NCBI GenBank assembly: GCA_963737005.1
Contig: CAVTRD010000005.1
Coordinates: 75,891 to 139,890, forward strand
Source of the DNA: Terriglobia bacterium
Lineage (GTDB): Bacteria > Acidobacteriota > Terriglobia > Bryobacterales > Bryobacteraceae
Direction of reading: 5' to 3'
DNA length: 64,000 nt
Shown here: piece after piece, positions 1 to 11,003 of the stretch
How positions within the stretch are numbered: position 1 is the stretch's first letter
How the letters are laid out: each line of letters starts with the position of its first letter
Notes under the pieces: generated by a model
What the model saw: the letters and a program-made list of their open reading frames with translations, nothing else
Told to the model about the DNA's origin: nothing
Databases searched by the model: none
Translations under genes and position numbers: made by a program

Positions 1-4
1 GTGA

Positions 5-277
5 GAAAAGCAGGTCGAGGCTCAAATGGACGGTGTCGTCTGCTCTCCCCTCGAGGTTGCCCGCGTACGCGCCATCGGTGGCCCAAAGCTCAAAATTGTT
101 ACGCCAGGCGTGCGTTCGGCGGGTGCCGCTCAAGGCGATCAAAAGCGCGTAGCCACGCCGGCGGAGGCGATGCGGGCGGGCGCCGATTATTTGGTCATCG
201 GTCGTCAGGTCACACGCGCTGCTTCGCCCCGCCAAGCATGCGACGAGATTCTCGGCGAGCTGGCTAACGGATCTTAG
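5..277 (+). CDS. pyrF: orotidine 5'-phosphate decarboxylase, C-terminal fragment (5' end outside window)
   Basis: The translation [59 protein letters not shown] carries the conserved PyrF C-terminal motifs (DGVVCS, VTPG.R, GDQ.R, DY.VIGR). An in-frame TGA at 2-4 lies at the window edge, so the upstream continuation cannot be judged. Confidence 0.7.
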   Translation, partial: EKQVEAQMDGVVCSPLEVARVRAIGGPKLKIVTPGVRSAGAAQGDQKRVATPAEAMRAGADYLVIGRQVTRAASPRQACDEILGELANGS

Positions 278-1815
278 CCGCGTTCCAGTTTCAAACGGTC
301 GAGCAGTGCTTTCCCGTCCGGCGTTCCCAGCCCGGTGCAGCAGTCCCAACCCTTTGCTCCGCGAAACGCCCCATTACACCCAGCGATTACATCATGCAGG
401 GGATCATGCTGGGCAGCAGCACGGTAAAGGATAGGGTTCAGCCAGCCGAGATTCTTGCCGAGCTCTGCGTTGCAGAGTGCGATCAAGCCGGCCCACAACG
501 GAGCAACCGCGCTGGTTCCGCCCACCACGTTGGTCTCGCCATCCACAAAGACGCGATAGCCCGTTTCCGGATCCGCTATGCCGGCAACATCCGGCACTCC
601 GCGACCGGTTTTGTTTTTTGATCCCGTTGGTTTAGGAACGCCCGCCTGTGCCTGATACGCGGGCAGCGGAAAGTAAGAGCTGACACCGCCTCCGGTGGCG
701 CCTCCTGCCGTGCCGTCGTTCCAGACCGTTTCTGAATTGATACCGCCTTGGCTCGCGACCAGGTGAGTGCCTCCGCAGGCCAACACCCACGGACTCGACG
801 CAGGGAAGTCCACGTGGTTATGACGATCACGTTCGCCATCACTAGAGCCGTTATCGCCTGCCGCTACGCAAATCGAGATGCCCAGCAGAGCTGCATCGTG
901 AAACGCGGCGTTGAACGCGTCTCTGCTTTGGGCGGTCCACTCGCACTCCGCAGCTCCCCAGCTAATGGAAATAACTGAGGGTCTGCGAATGTTGTCGTGA
1001 ATAGCAGCATTGATCGCGTTGAGAAAGCCCGCATCAGTGTTCGTTCCGAAGTAAACGGCCAGCTTCGCTCCGGATGCAACCGCACCGGCGACTTCGATAT
1101 CGAGTACAACCTCCCCATCGGCGCCATCCGGATTACCCTCTGGGGCGTTTTGCGCGCCGTCGACATTGACCGATTCGACTGCGACGTTACTCAACCCAAG
1201 CTGGCCCCAGTAAGCGGCAAGATCGCTTTCCTGGTATCCGCCACCAAGCTCAATCAAAGCAATCGTCTGCCCTTTGGCCGTATTTACCGGAAAATTGTAA
1301 AGCTGCGCGATTTCAACAGGCGTGAAAGACGCCGATGCTAGCGCCTGCTCCTTGCGGTGATAGTAAGTCTTCGCGACCGGACGTTGATCGAACCCGAAGA
1401 TGCCAATTACGCGTCCTGCTAGTTCCTCCGGAACAGCCAGCTGACCCTGGCGCGTTCTGTAGACTCTTCCGTGAACTTTAGAAAGCTGAAGATCCGCGCT
1501 GAACAGTTTCGCTAATTGCCCCAGCGGGCCTTCCAGGATCACTGTGCGCGCTTCTACCTGAAGCTGCCTGACAGCGAGGCGATGTTTAGAGGCGAACCCA
1601 AGGACAGCTTCTACGTCGTCACCGGTTGGTCCATGCTGATCGGCTAATTGATCTCGTGAGATCGGCTGATCGGATACGCTCTCGGCGGGAGCCGCCTGCT
1701 TTCGGCGCAGCACCAAGGTGAGTTGAATGTTTTCATCGAGTGCAGGCCGAGCAACCTGCACGGAATTGGCGGGATGGCTTCGCTCGCTGCCTGCTAGATC
1801 GACAGTAGAGGACAT
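274..1815 (-). CDS. S53 family peptidase (sedolisin/kumamolisin-like) with pro-domain
   Basis: An N-terminal activation-domain-like region is followed by a catalytic domain ending in the serine motif [17 protein letters not shown] placed the start at ATG 1815 (MSSTVDL), which has GGGAG about 8 nt upstream. The ORF stays open to 1854. Confidence 0.85.
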   Translation of the reverse strand: MSSTVDLAGSERSHPANSVQVARPALDENIQLTLVLRRKQAAPAESVSDQPISRDQLADQHGPTGDDVEAVLGFASKHRLAVRQLQVEARTVILEGPLGQLAKLFSADLQLSKVHGRVYRTRQGQLAVPEELAGRVIGIFGFDQRPVAKTYYHRKEQALASASFTPVEIAQLYNFPVNTAKGQTIALIELGGGYQESDLAAYWGQLGLSNVAVESVNVDGAQNAPEGNPDGADGEVVLDIEVAGAVASGAKLAVYFGTNTDAGFLNAINAAIHDNIRRPSVISISWGAAECEWTAQSRDAFNAAFHDAALLGISICVAAGDNGSSDGERDRHNHVDFPASSPWVLACGGTHLVASQGGINSETVWNDGTAGGATGGGVSSYFPLPAYQAQAGVPKPTGSKNKTGRGVPDVAGIADPETGYRVFVDGETNVVGGTSAVAPLWAGLIALCNAELGKNLGWLNPILYRAAAQHDPLHDVIAGCNGAFRGAKGWDCCTGLGTPDGKALLDRLKLERG

Positions 1816-2007
1816 GATGTTAACTCCCGCCGCGACACTAGCGCGAGGGCGCACCCGCCGTGCTGAGGAGATACGCGAGATGTTGTCCGTGAATGATTGA
1901 TTCTGAATGACTCAGCCCCAGCTAGAACTTTCTTTCCAGCTTGTGACCGCAAAGATTGCGGTGTTGCGTGAACCGGATGTAAAAACCCGTTAGGCTGGAT
2001 TATCAGC

Positions 2008-3708
2008 ATGCGTCGATATCTTGGATTTCTTGTCTCAGCGGTTGTTTGCCTGTTCCTATTTGTTCCCGCTACGCCCGCCCAATCGCTGAACAGTCTTCTG
2101 CCAACTGGCGCAGGCAAGGACCAAGCTCCGGCGGCATCACCCGTAATGGTTGATCGACTGGGTCGCACTACGCCACGCGATTCTATTCATCGTTTCCTTG
2201 AGGCTTGCCATAGAAACAAGTACAACGTTGCTGCCGAGTATTTGAACCTCAACAAGATTAGTCCGCAGCGCCGAACGAGTGAAGGTCCCGAGCTTGCCCG
2301 GCAACTTTCCCTGCTGCTCGACCGTAACGCCAGTTTTGAGGTAAGCCAACTCAGCGATCAACCAGAGGGCAACACGGCGGACAACTCGGCCTTCCTCGAC
2401 GACCTTGCCACGTTCGATCTAGAGGGCGAACCGGTCACTCTTCAGATGGAGCGCGTCACTGAAGTGGGGACAGGTCCGGTTTGGCTGGTGAGCGCCGACA
2501 GTGTCCCGCGGATCCCCGAGTTATCCAGCTTGATCGAGCAAACTGGCCTGGAGAAGCGTTTGCCCGCGCCGCTCGTGAATACAAAGTGGATCGGAACGCC
2601 GCTCTGGATTTGGATTGCGCTGTTTCTTATCGCACTTGTTCTTTCGGCCGTCTCGCGACTGCTTTCGCGACTCTTCATCGCCATCGTTAAACCTGTCACG
2701 GCTCGATACGCAAAGGCTTTTCACACGCATCGATTGGAAGCACTAACCGAGCCGCTACGGCTGCTCCTTTCGATTTTGGTGTTCCGGGCAGCCATGGCAT
2801 TTGTCCCGCCCAGTGCTTTGCTGCGGGATTATCTTTCGAAAGCTCTGATTCTGCTTTTTGTCATGGGTGCAGCTTCGTTGTTGATGCGGTTAGTCGATGT
2901 CGCATCTGACACCATAATCTCCCGCCTCGATCATCGCGAGCGAACACTGACCTATTCAGTGGTCCCGCTCGGCATCCGCTTTGTGAAAATCCTGATCTTC
3001 TGCTTGGGCATCTTGATCGTCCTTCAGCAGTGGGGTTATAACACGAGCACTATTCTTGCCGGTTTGGGAGTCGGTGGTATTGCAGTCGCTCTGGCGGCCC
3101 AGAAAACGATTGAGAATCTGTTTGGCGGAGTATCGCTGATCAGCGACCGGCCCGTGCTGGTAGGCGAGTTTTGCCAGTTTGGAGGCCAAGTTGGAACGAT
3201 CGAAGATATCGGATTGCGCTCCACGCGCATCCGAACACTCGACCGCACAGTCGTGACCGTACCGAATTCACAATTTTCGACAATGACTCTCGAGAATTTC
3301 TCGAGACGCGATCGAATGTGGTTTCATCCTACGATCCGGCTACGTCGCGACACCACACCTGACCAGATCCGGCAGATGATGGACACCATCACGCAAATTC
3401 TCGACAAGAATGAAATGATCGATGCCTCAGGCGTGCCGCTACGGTTTTCGAAGATCACCGATCACTCGCTCGATCTGGATATTTTCGCTTATGTGCTGAC
3501 CCCGGATTACAATGAGTATCTTAAGGTGCAGACGCAATTGCTGCTGCAGATTCTTGAGGCGGGGTATCGGCTCGGCATAGGAATCGCCGTTCCATTCCAG
3601 GAAGAGTACAACGTTAGTGTGCCCCTAGATGAGAGTAGAACAGGCACACCCGTTCCTGGCCTTTCAACGCTGCCTCGAATGGCAGGGTCGATGACGGTCA
3701 ACCAGTGA
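2008..3708 (+). CDS. mechanosensitive ion channel family protein (MscS-like)
   Basis: 566 aa with a signal-like N-terminus and several hydrophobic helices. These are followed by the MscS core ENLFGGVSLISDRPVLVGEFCQFGGQVGTIEDIGLRSTRIRTLDRTVVTVPNSQF. Confidence 0.85.
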   Translation: MRRYLGFLVSAVVCLFLFVPATPAQSLNSLLPTGAGKDQAPAASPVMVDRLGRTTPRDSIHRFLEACHRNKYNVAAEYLNLNKISPQRRTSEGPELARQLSLLLDRNASFEVSQLSDQPEGNTADNSAFLDDLATFDLEGEPVTLQMERVTEVGTGPVWLVSADSVPRIPELSSLIEQTGLEKRLPAPLVNTKWIGTPLWIWIALFLIALVLSAVSRLLSRLFIAIVKPVTARYAKAFHTHRLEALTEPLRLLLSILVFRAAMAFVPPSALLRDYLSKALILLFVMGAASLLMRLVDVASDTIISRLDHRERTLTYSVVPLGIRFVKILIFCLGILIVLQQWGYNTSTILAGLGVGGIAVALAAQKTIENLFGGVSLISDRPVLVGEFCQFGGQVGTIEDIGLRSTRIRTLDRTVVTVPNSQFSTMTLENFSRRDRMWFHPTIRLRRDTTPDQIRQMMDTITQILDKNEMIDASGVPLRFSKITDHSLDLDIFAYVLTPDYNEYLKVQTQLLLQILEAGYRLGIGIAVPFQEEYNVSVPLDESRTGTPVPGLSTLPRMAGSMTVNQ

Positions 3709-3721
3709 GAACCGCAAGCAA

Positions 3722-5053
3722 TTAGAACTCAGATTGCAGAATGTCGAAGTAGATGTGCACGCCGTGTCGAAACTGATCGAGCGGAATGTGTTCGCTGTCG
3801 CTGTGCATAGTGGCGAGCGTTGGCAGATCGATGATCATCGGAATCAGACCGTATGCGGGCACGCCGCGTACACGAAATTTCTGTCCATCGGTGCCGTAGG
3901 GAACAATCGTCGGCAGAACGGTGGCTCCGGGGTTCTCCTTTTTGATAGCAGCTTCGATTGCACGGTAGAGATTCGTGTCGGTCGTGCTGGCTTGGGGATC
4001 ATCGGGTTTGGACGAGATTTCTTCGACCGTGACGTGTCGGATCGTTGATACGCGCCTTGATTTCGGAGACGAACTCTTCTGCGTTCTGGCCGGGGAGCAA
4101 GCGGCAATCGAGTGTCGCTTCTGCGAGTGAAGGGATGACATTTGCTTTGGGCGGAGTACCGACGCCACTTCTCAGTGACGTGACGGACATCGTGTTTTGC
4201 TGCACGGCATTCATGAACTTATTTGAAGCGAATGTGCCCAGTTGACTGCGCATGTTCATCACGAGCGTATTGGGTCTATTGGATGGCGGAAAGTTCTTTC
4301 GCCCTCTCGATTGCTTGCATCAGCAGATCATTTGCGTTATCGGGGATGGGCTGAGAGCCGTGGCCCGCGGTGCCCTGTGCCCGTAATCTTAGCCAGAGCA
4401 CCTGTTTATCCGCTACTGAGATGCCGAAGACCAGCTTGCCCGGCGAGTATACATCGCGGGAACCCGCACCGCCTTCGTCGAGTACGAAAGCCGGATCGAG
4501 TTCGCTCCAGTGATTCTTAATCATCCAGGACGCACCGTCGGCGCCGCCGGTCTCTTCATCGCAATCGGCGAGGAACAGGATGTCGCGCGGAGGCACGATC
4601 GCAAGCTGCTTCAGAAGAGTAAGCGCGGTCAGCTGCATGATGGCGGTACTTTTCATGTCGAGCGTGCCGCGGCCCCAAAGATCGTTTCCTTCGATTTGTG
4701 CGCCGAACGGATCCTGTTTCCAGCGCGATGCATCGGCTGGGACAACGTCCATGTGGTTGAGCAGCAACAGTGGGTCGCTGCGAGCGATCTCTCCCGGCAA
4801 GCCGGACCAGCAAGTTAGTTTTGCCATCGACGCCGCTTTTGTAGAGTTCCGCATACATCCCAAAAGCAGCAAATTCTCTTTCGAGGAAACGTGCGGCTTC
4901 CGCTGTATCGGCGGGCGGGTTGACGCTCTTAATCCGGACGTAGTGCTGCAAAAGCGTAATCGCATGCTGCTCGACGGTGGGCCAATCAGGCTGAGCAGCG
5001 ACGGCCAACGCACTTGAAAGGGAGAGTAGAAGCAGCGTTCTGAAAGAAGTCAT
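3722..5053 (-). pseudogene. M20 family metallopeptidase, reading frame broken three times
   Basis: Four colinear minus-strand ORF pieces (4556..5170, 4276..5013, 3999..4262, 3722..4168) lie in three frames and together spell one M20 peptidase. Recognisable segments are the signal peptide MTSFRTLLLLSLSSALAVAAQ, LLLNHMDVVPAD, WGRGTLDMK, DCDEETGG, GTAGHGS, NVIPSLAEATLDCRLLP and MHSDSEHIP. Joining the pieces needs single-nt indels near 4798, near 4276 (which creates a TAG) and near 4040. Confidence 0.7.
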
Positions 5054-5995
5054 GTTTTCGTTTCGGGTATGTCTGTCAGCTTGGCGTGATTGCCGTCCAT
5101 GCGAAGAGCCTCGATGACTGCGCCTGCTGCCGGACTTAAGCGAGGCGATACGGTGTCGCAGCCCAGCCATTCGTGGACGTAACTTGAAAATGCTTTCCTG
5201 AGCTTTGCGCTCTTAAAGACGCCACCGATATAGGATACGCGGACCGGTTCCGACGCGGCAAACACGTTGCGGTGGACACCTTGCACGTATGAGCGGAGAG
5301 CTCGAGCTGCATTGACGAGTATGTGTTCGGCAACTTGATCTCCGGCTTCGGCACACTCGTTGACCAATGGCGCGAGCGCAGCGAACTCATATCGCGAGAT
5401 ACTCGCGTAACAGCGGTGGAGCAGGTCGTTTGCACTCGCCGCTCCAGTTCTGGTCAAAAGCTCACGGTGCAGGCTGGTAGCAGGTCCCCAGCCTTCTTCA
5501 AATTGCAAAGCCGCGCGAAGGGCCCGGCGAGAAATGTCGAACCCGCCACCTTCGTCACCGACAAGGTATCCCCAGCCACCGGCTCGAGCCGTTCGACCTT
5601 CGCTATTGCGGCCGAACGCCATCGAACCCGTGCCTGCGATCATGACAATGCCCGGCTCGCCTTCCGTTGCGCCCGACAAAGCAATTTCTGCATCGTGGGT
5701 TACTTTGAGAAGTTTGCTTTTGATAGATCTCGTGGGAGTAAGCGATCTTGTCTTCCGCACCGCCGCTGAAGCCAAGGCAGGCGGCCGCGAAGCTGAGCTG
5801 GCTTCCGCCCAGCGCGCGCGTTGCTTGTGAAAGGCACTCGCCAATGACAGCCACGAACCTGGTGTGAGCCTCCAGTCCGCTAACGTGATTGCACGGACCG
5901 CTTCGGCCGATGCCGACCACACGACCAGTCTGATCCGCGATAAGCGCAGTTGTGCTTGATTGACCGCCGTCGATACCAAGGTAGAAAACGGACAA
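5050..5995 (-). pseudogene. BadF/BadG/BcrA/BcrD-type ATPase (N-acetylglucosamine kinase-like), one frameshift
   Basis: The N-terminal frame (5603..5995, TTG start) reads MSVFYLGIDGGQSSTTALIADQTGRVVGIGRSGPCN. The C-terminal frame (5050..5979) reads VTHDAEIALSGATEGEPGIVMIAGTGSMAFGRN...GGWGYLVGDEGGG. The frames switch within about 5720-5730. The stop overlaps the M20 start as ATGA. Confidence 0.65.
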
Positions 5996-6021
5996 TAGAA
6001 CTCGCCCCTACGCTGCGGTTG

Positions 6022-6744
6022 TCATGCGAGCGTCTTGTCACGTGCGTAGCAAAGACTATCGAGCGGGCACGATGCGCACCTCGGCTTGCGAGCAATGCAG
6101 ATTTGCCTCCCAAAATGAATGATCTGATGTGCGAACAGCACCCAGCGTTCGGGAGGAACAATCTTCATCAGATCGGTTTCGACCTTTACCGGATCGGTGT
6201 TCTTAGTGAGGTCAAGTCGCTGAGAGATGCGCCCAACGTGGGTGTCGACCACCACCCCTGACGCGATTCCATAGGCAGTTCCAAGGACGACATTCGCCGT
6301 CTTGCGCGCCGCGCCGGGTACGGTGAGCAATTCATCCATCGTTTGCGGAACCTCCCCGTTGTGGTCCGCAAGGATCTTACGCGCAGCTCCGATTACCGAA
6401 CGCGCCTTGTTATTGAAAAAACCGGTCGAACGGATGTCCTGGGCTAATTCATCCTGCGAGACGGTGGCGAAGTCCTCCATCTTCGGATACTTCTTGAAGA
6501 GCGCCGGAGTGACCTTGTTGACTCGTTCATCGGTGCACTGGGCCGACAGAATCGTTGCTACTAGCAACTGCCATGGCGTTTCGTGATGAAGCGCGCAGGT
6601 TGCCCGGGGGAACAGACGATCGAGGGCGTCGAAAATGCTTTGAAGACGGGCTTTCCGTTCCGCCGCACTCTTCGGTTTCGGCACCTTACGGGGTGGCGTG
6701 ACCGGGTGCACAGGTGTGGGAACTGCGATTTCCGTGTCAGCCAT
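6022..6744 (-). CDS. nth: endonuclease III
   Basis: The helix-hairpin-helix region LLTVPGAARKTANVVLG and the C-terminal 4Fe-4S cysteine cluster C.ARKPRCASCPLDSLC are present, and overall colinearity with Nth is good. Start placed at ATG 6744 (MADTEIAV). Confidence 0.9.
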   Translation of the reverse strand: MADTEIAVPTPVHPVTPPRKVPKPKSAAERKARLQSIFDALDRLFPRATCALHHETPWQLLVATILSAQCTDERVNKVTPALFKKYPKMEDFATVSQDELAQDIRSTGFFNNKARSVIGAARKILADHNGEVPQTMDELLTVPGAARKTANVVLGTAYGIASGVVVDTHVGRISQRLDLTKNTDPVKVETDLMKIVPPERWVLFAHQIIHFGRQICIARKPRCASCPLDSLCYARDKTLA

Positions 6745-6847
6745 GGCGAAAGGACTACGATACCGCAGGCGGTCTGATGCGAATGCGCTCGTAAAATGCA
6801 ATGCGCCGCGTCACGTGCCGGCAGCATCTGTTAGGACAGAGTTTGCC

Positions 6848-7339
6848 TTGAAGATATACACTCTGCGCTGTGAAATGCTGACGAGATCCTCCTTGCAGGA
6901 TACCTTTGCGGTGTTCGAAGATCCCTACAATCTAGCCAAAATTACTCCGTCATCGATGAAGTTTCAGGTGACGTCGCCTCACCGGATAGAGATGCGCAAG
7001 GGTGCGGAAATCGAATACACAATCGCATGGCTCGGTTTACCGATGCACTGGAAGACTCTGATCCTCGACTACGAGCCGCCGTTCTTCTTTGTGGACGAGC
7101 AGGCCAAAGGACCTTACTCGATGTGGCGTCACCGGCATACATTCGAGCCGACTGAGAATGGCACCAAGGTCGGTGATCATGTGGAATACGCGCTGCCGTT
7201 AGGACCGTTCGGGCGAATAGCGCATGCCTTGGTGGTCCGAAAACAACTACTCGTAATCTTCAACTACCGGCAGCAAGAGCTGGGGAAGATGTTTGGAGGT
7301 AATACGACGCAAACGGTGAAGCCATTTATTACGCCGTGA
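6848..7339 (+). CDS. SRPBCC family (cyclase/dehydrase-like) protein
   Basis: KIYTLRCEM...FAVFEDPYNLAKITPSSMKF...LGLPMHWKTLILDYEPPFFFVDEQAKGPYSMWRHRHTFEP is typical of SRPBCC ligand-binding proteins. A TTG start at 6848 gives the family-typical MKIYTLR N-terminus. The ORF is open from 6698. Confidence 0.7.
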   Translation: MKIYTLRCEMLTRSSLQDTFAVFEDPYNLAKITPSSMKFQVTSPHRIEMRKGAEIEYTIAWLGLPMHWKTLILDYEPPFFFVDEQAKGPYSMWRHRHTFEPTENGTKVGDHVEYALPLGPFGRIAHALVVRKQLLVIFNYRQQELGKMFGGNTTQTVKPFITP

Positions 7340-7348
7340 GCTGGGCGG

Positions 7349-8998
7349 CTAATTAGGCAAGCCGTTGTCGAGAAAGTTACGCAGGCGATGACTCCGACTG
7401 GGATGACGTAACTTGCGAAGAGCTTTCGCTTCAATTTGACGGATCCGCTCGCGGGTCACGGCGAAATTTTGACCAACTTCTTCGAGCGTATGCTCGCTAC
7501 CATCCTGCAAACCGAAGCGCATTTTAACTATCTTCTCTTCGCGCGGACTTAGCGTCTTTAGAACTTCCGCCGTCTGCTCGCGCAAGTTCAAGTTGATGAC
7601 AGCTTCCGATGGCGAAACCATTCTGCTATCTACCAAGAAGTCGCCGAGGTTCGATTCTTCTTCTTCGCCGACCGGCGTCTGCAGAGAGATTGGCTCCTGC
7701 GCAATGCGCAGAACACGTCGGACTTTATTGGGCGTCAACTCCATCCGGGATGCGAGTTCTTCGGTGGTTGCCTCGCGGCCGAGCTCCTGTAGCATGGTCC
7801 GTTGCAGTCGAACGAGCTTGTTGATCGTCTCGATCATATGAACAGGAATGCGAATGGTGCGGGCCTGATCGGCGATGGCGCGCGTGACTGCTTGTCGCAC
7901 CCACCAGGTTGCATATGTCGAGAACTTATAGCCGCGTTTGTAATCGAATTTATCGACGGCGCGCATTAGCCCTATGTTGCCTTCCTGGATTAAATCCAGA
8001 AACTGCATGCCCCGATTTGTGTAGCGTTTGGCGACGGAGACAACCAACCTGAGATTGGCTTCGATCAGACGTTTTTTGGCAAGATCGGCTTCCATCTCTC
8101 CACGTTCGACAATCTGCAAGGTTCGGCGCAGCTCGCTCGCCGCGCTTCCCGAGCCATCCTCAAGAGACTGCAGTTGGGCCGAGAGAGCTTTAAGTTCTTT
8201 GCGTAAAGCCGCCGGCGCGCCATTATTCCCGGCCGCCTGCTCTAGCTTGCGCTGTACTCGCGCAATCTCCTGTTCAAGTGGTTTGAGCTTCTCAACCAAG
8301 TTCTTGAGCGTTGCACTCAGGAATCTTCGATAGCGGGTCGTAAAAGGGAGTGCACGAATTTTCCGGGAGATCTGCACCACTAGCCGCGCATACTCAAAGC
8401 GCAGTTTGCGATGCTGCTTTGCTTTGAGGTTCCGGGACGTTGCGATGAGTTTCGCCTCAGTCTGCTGCGCTCTGCGATACAGGCCCTCGATCTCGTCCGT
8501 CGTCCCATAGAATTGTTGCTGCAGCTCCTGAAGACGATCGTGCTCTTCATCTTCAACGTCGAAGCCAGGTGCCTGCAGAATATCGCTCACGGGAATCGCG
8601 CCACGCTCGGCGGAACTCCGAGTCTCGAGAATCGTTTGTATGATCAGGCGGGATCGGGAGAGTGCGCGACGAACAGCGTTTTCTCCACGCTCGATCCGCT
8701 TAGCCAATTCAATCTCGCCTTCACGAGTGAGCAAAGGAACCATGCCCATCTCGCGTAGATATACCCGGACCGAATCGTTGCTCTTATCGAGAACGCCGGG
8801 AGTTAGATCGAGCTCGGACAACGTCTCGAGCTCATCCTCTCGTTTTGTAAACTCTTTTGCTTCATCCAGTAGCTCGGCCGGCGCAGCTTCTAGATCTGAA
8901 AACAAATCGGCAAGTTCAGTCTCGCCAGCTAAGTCCTCGCGTACCGATCCGGCGAGATCGTCGTAGAGAACGAATCCCTTATCGTTTCTGTCTTGCAT
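7349..8998 (-). CDS. rpoD: RNA polymerase primary sigma factor
   Basis: Regions 1.2 to 4.2 of sigma-70 are recognisable: [70 protein letters not shown] and [30 protein letters not shown]. The ATG is at 8998. Confidence 0.95.
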   Translation of the reverse strand: MQDRNDKGFVLYDDLAGSVREDLAGETELADLFSDLEAAPAELLDEAKEFTKREDELETLSELDLTPGVLDKSNDSVRVYLREMGMVPLLTREGEIELAKRIERGENAVRRALSRSRLIIQTILETRSSAERGAIPVSDILQAPGFDVEDEEHDRLQELQQQFYGTTDEIEGLYRRAQQTEAKLIATSRNLKAKQHRKLRFEYARLVVQISRKIRALPFTTRYRRFLSATLKNLVEKLKPLEQEIARVQRKLEQAAGNNGAPAALRKELKALSAQLQSLEDGSGSAASELRRTLQIVERGEMEADLAKKRLIEANLRLVVSVAKRYTNRGMQFLDLIQEGNIGLMRAVDKFDYKRGYKFSTYATWWVRQAVTRAIADQARTIRIPVHMIETINKLVRLQRTMLQELGREATTEELASRMELTPNKVRRVLRIAQEPISLQTPVGEEEESNLGDFLVDSRMVSPSEAVINLNLREQTAEVLKTLSPREEKIVKMRFGLQDGSEHTLEEVGQNFAVTRERIRQIEAKALRKLRHPSRSHRLRNFLDNGLPN

Positions 8999-9118
8999 CA
9001 ACTGCTCTTGTCAATTGCGATGATGAACCCGTTTGGGTTACAACCAACCGTTCCCCGCTAACGGATGTTTGCCAAGGCACCCCTGTTTTGATTCCTTGAC
9101 TTCTCATATTACAACTAT

Positions 9119-10883
9119 TCAACCCCTGCTGGGCAGGCGTTTCACCGCATCTAACTCATTCATTAAGCGGATTGCTTCCGTAAACTTTCCTTCGTTCTCA
9201 AAGTCTCGAATGCGTTTCTTCAAGGCTTCGCATTGGGCTTGAACCGACTTCGATTCAAGCAACTTCAAACAAGCAAGAGCCTGCTCGGCGGCGTGTTCTT
9301 CTGCGATGCCAGACTCCGAGAAGCTAATTGCCATCAAAATCTGCTCGTAGTGCGGTTCGAGCTTCTCGGTTACGCTCGCGAGAGAGAACGGATGCCCAGA
9401 TTCATGCACATTCAGTATTCCTTCGAAGATTGGTTTCATGTCGAGCGTCTGCAGGGCATGTGATTCACGCAGGTAGTGACGGATGACAGCGCGCGCATCA
9501 ACACTTGCAAGCATGCATGCAAGGAGCAGTTTCTCGTTCGGCGGCACGGCCGACAAGACATCGCGCGGCCTCCTAAGCGGTTCGGAAGCGCTCTTCTGAC
9601 GCAGAGCATGCTGCACGAGCTCGCGCCCGATGCCGAGCTGTTCCGCGACCTCGGTCGCAATGGCTGCTCGCTCGATACGATCCTGGACTTGCTCAATTGC
9701 AGGCAAAAGCAATTTGAACGCGTCCACTCTACCTTCAGCGGTTTTTGTGTCGAACTTCTTGCGAGCCTCATCGGCGAGCCAATGGAAATAGGAAGGCGCC
9801 TGTTCGAGGAGCTTCTGATAAGCGCTTGCGCCATTCGTCTGAATGTATTCATCAGGATCTAGCTCGCCCGGAATCGCGAGCACCTTCACTCGCAAGCCTT
9901 GGGCGAGCAGCGTCGAGATATATTTCTCCGTTGAGCGTGCTCCAGCGGCATCAGAATCGAAGTTCAGGATGACGTGCCCCCTGCCCGACTGGAATGAGAC
10001 TTCCTGCTTTACTGCGCGAATTTGACTCAAACTAAGCGCGGTGCCGCACGTTGCCACAACCTCTTGAATGCCTGCTGCATAAACACCGATCGCGTCCATG
10101 TACCCTTCGACCAAGACCATGCGGTCTAGTTTGCGCGCCGCGATCTTAGCGCGATGCATGTTGTAAAGCACCGATGACTTCGTGTAGAGCCGTGTTTCCG
10201 GTGAATTTAGGTACTTGACTTTTTCGTCCGGTCGAAGGGCCCGTCCGCCGAACGCAATCACCTTCCCGGAACTGTCGTGAATCGGGAACATCAAGCGCCC
10301 GCGAAACCGATCGTAGCTGCCGCCCCCCTCCTGCCTCCTTGCAATTAGACCGGACTCGACCAGCAATGCTTCACCAAATTTCTTCAGTTTTTGCAGGAGT
10401 TGCTGTCCGGAAGCGTCAGAGAGACCAATTCGGAAGTCCCGGATCGCGTCGCGGTGTGACCCCGCGGCCTGCAAGATACTCGCGCGCCTCTGCGCCGGAG
10501 GGCGCTTGTAGGTTGTCCTGAAAAACTGCCGCGGCTGCCTCGTGTATTTCTAGGAGTGCCGCAACTCGCTGGGTTTCCGGATCATCGTTCCGCTGCCGCT
10601 CGGGCATTGGAATGCTGTAACGCTCGGCTAAATTGCGCAGCGTTTCCGGGAACGTGAGGCTCTCCATTTGCTGCACGAATTTAAGGACATCCCCGGCCGC
10701 ATCGCAGCCGAAACATTTGTAGTATTGGTGCCCGCTATGCACGCCGAAGGAGGGTGTTTTTTCCGAATGAAACGGGCAAAGCCCTACCCAGCGCTGCCCG
10801 GCGCCTTGTTGCTTGAGCCGGACGTATTGTCCAACGACTTCGACGATATTGAGCTGATTTTTCAGTTGCTCCGCGAAATTCAT
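9119..10883 (-). pseudogene. dnaG: DNA primase DnaG, reading frame interrupted by one extra base (probable sequencing error or recent frameshift)
   Basis: The N-terminal zinc-ribbon part (10416..10883) reads CPFHSEKTPSFGVHSGHQYYKCFGCDAAGDVLKF. The TOPRIM/RNA-polymerase part (9119..10474) reads DRFRGRLMFPIHDSSGKVIAFGGRAL...VLVEGYMDAI...NFDSDAAG. The two parts are in different frames. Removing one base from CCGCGAC at about 10449-10453 restores YLAGRGVTPDAIRDFRIGLS. Confidence 0.85.
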
Positions 10884-11003
10884 AGGCCGATCGAGTGAAC
10901 ACAAAGACGCTGTATGAGCGCGCTTCCGGGGGAGGTGTTTACAGGTTAGCAACTCTTGATCCACTTGCGCCGAAGTTGCAATTGACATAATGTCGGGCAG
11001 GAA

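Noticed and set aside
1-267. An 88-aa Arg-rich ORF in frame 1 at the window start, and an in-frame TGA (2-4) just upstream of the pyrF fragment that could indicate a sixth frameshift.
   Set aside because: The frame-1 ORF is an alternative frame of pyrF with no motif. The TGA is only one codon from the window edge, so I cannot tell whether pyrF changes frame there. I did not count it as a finding.
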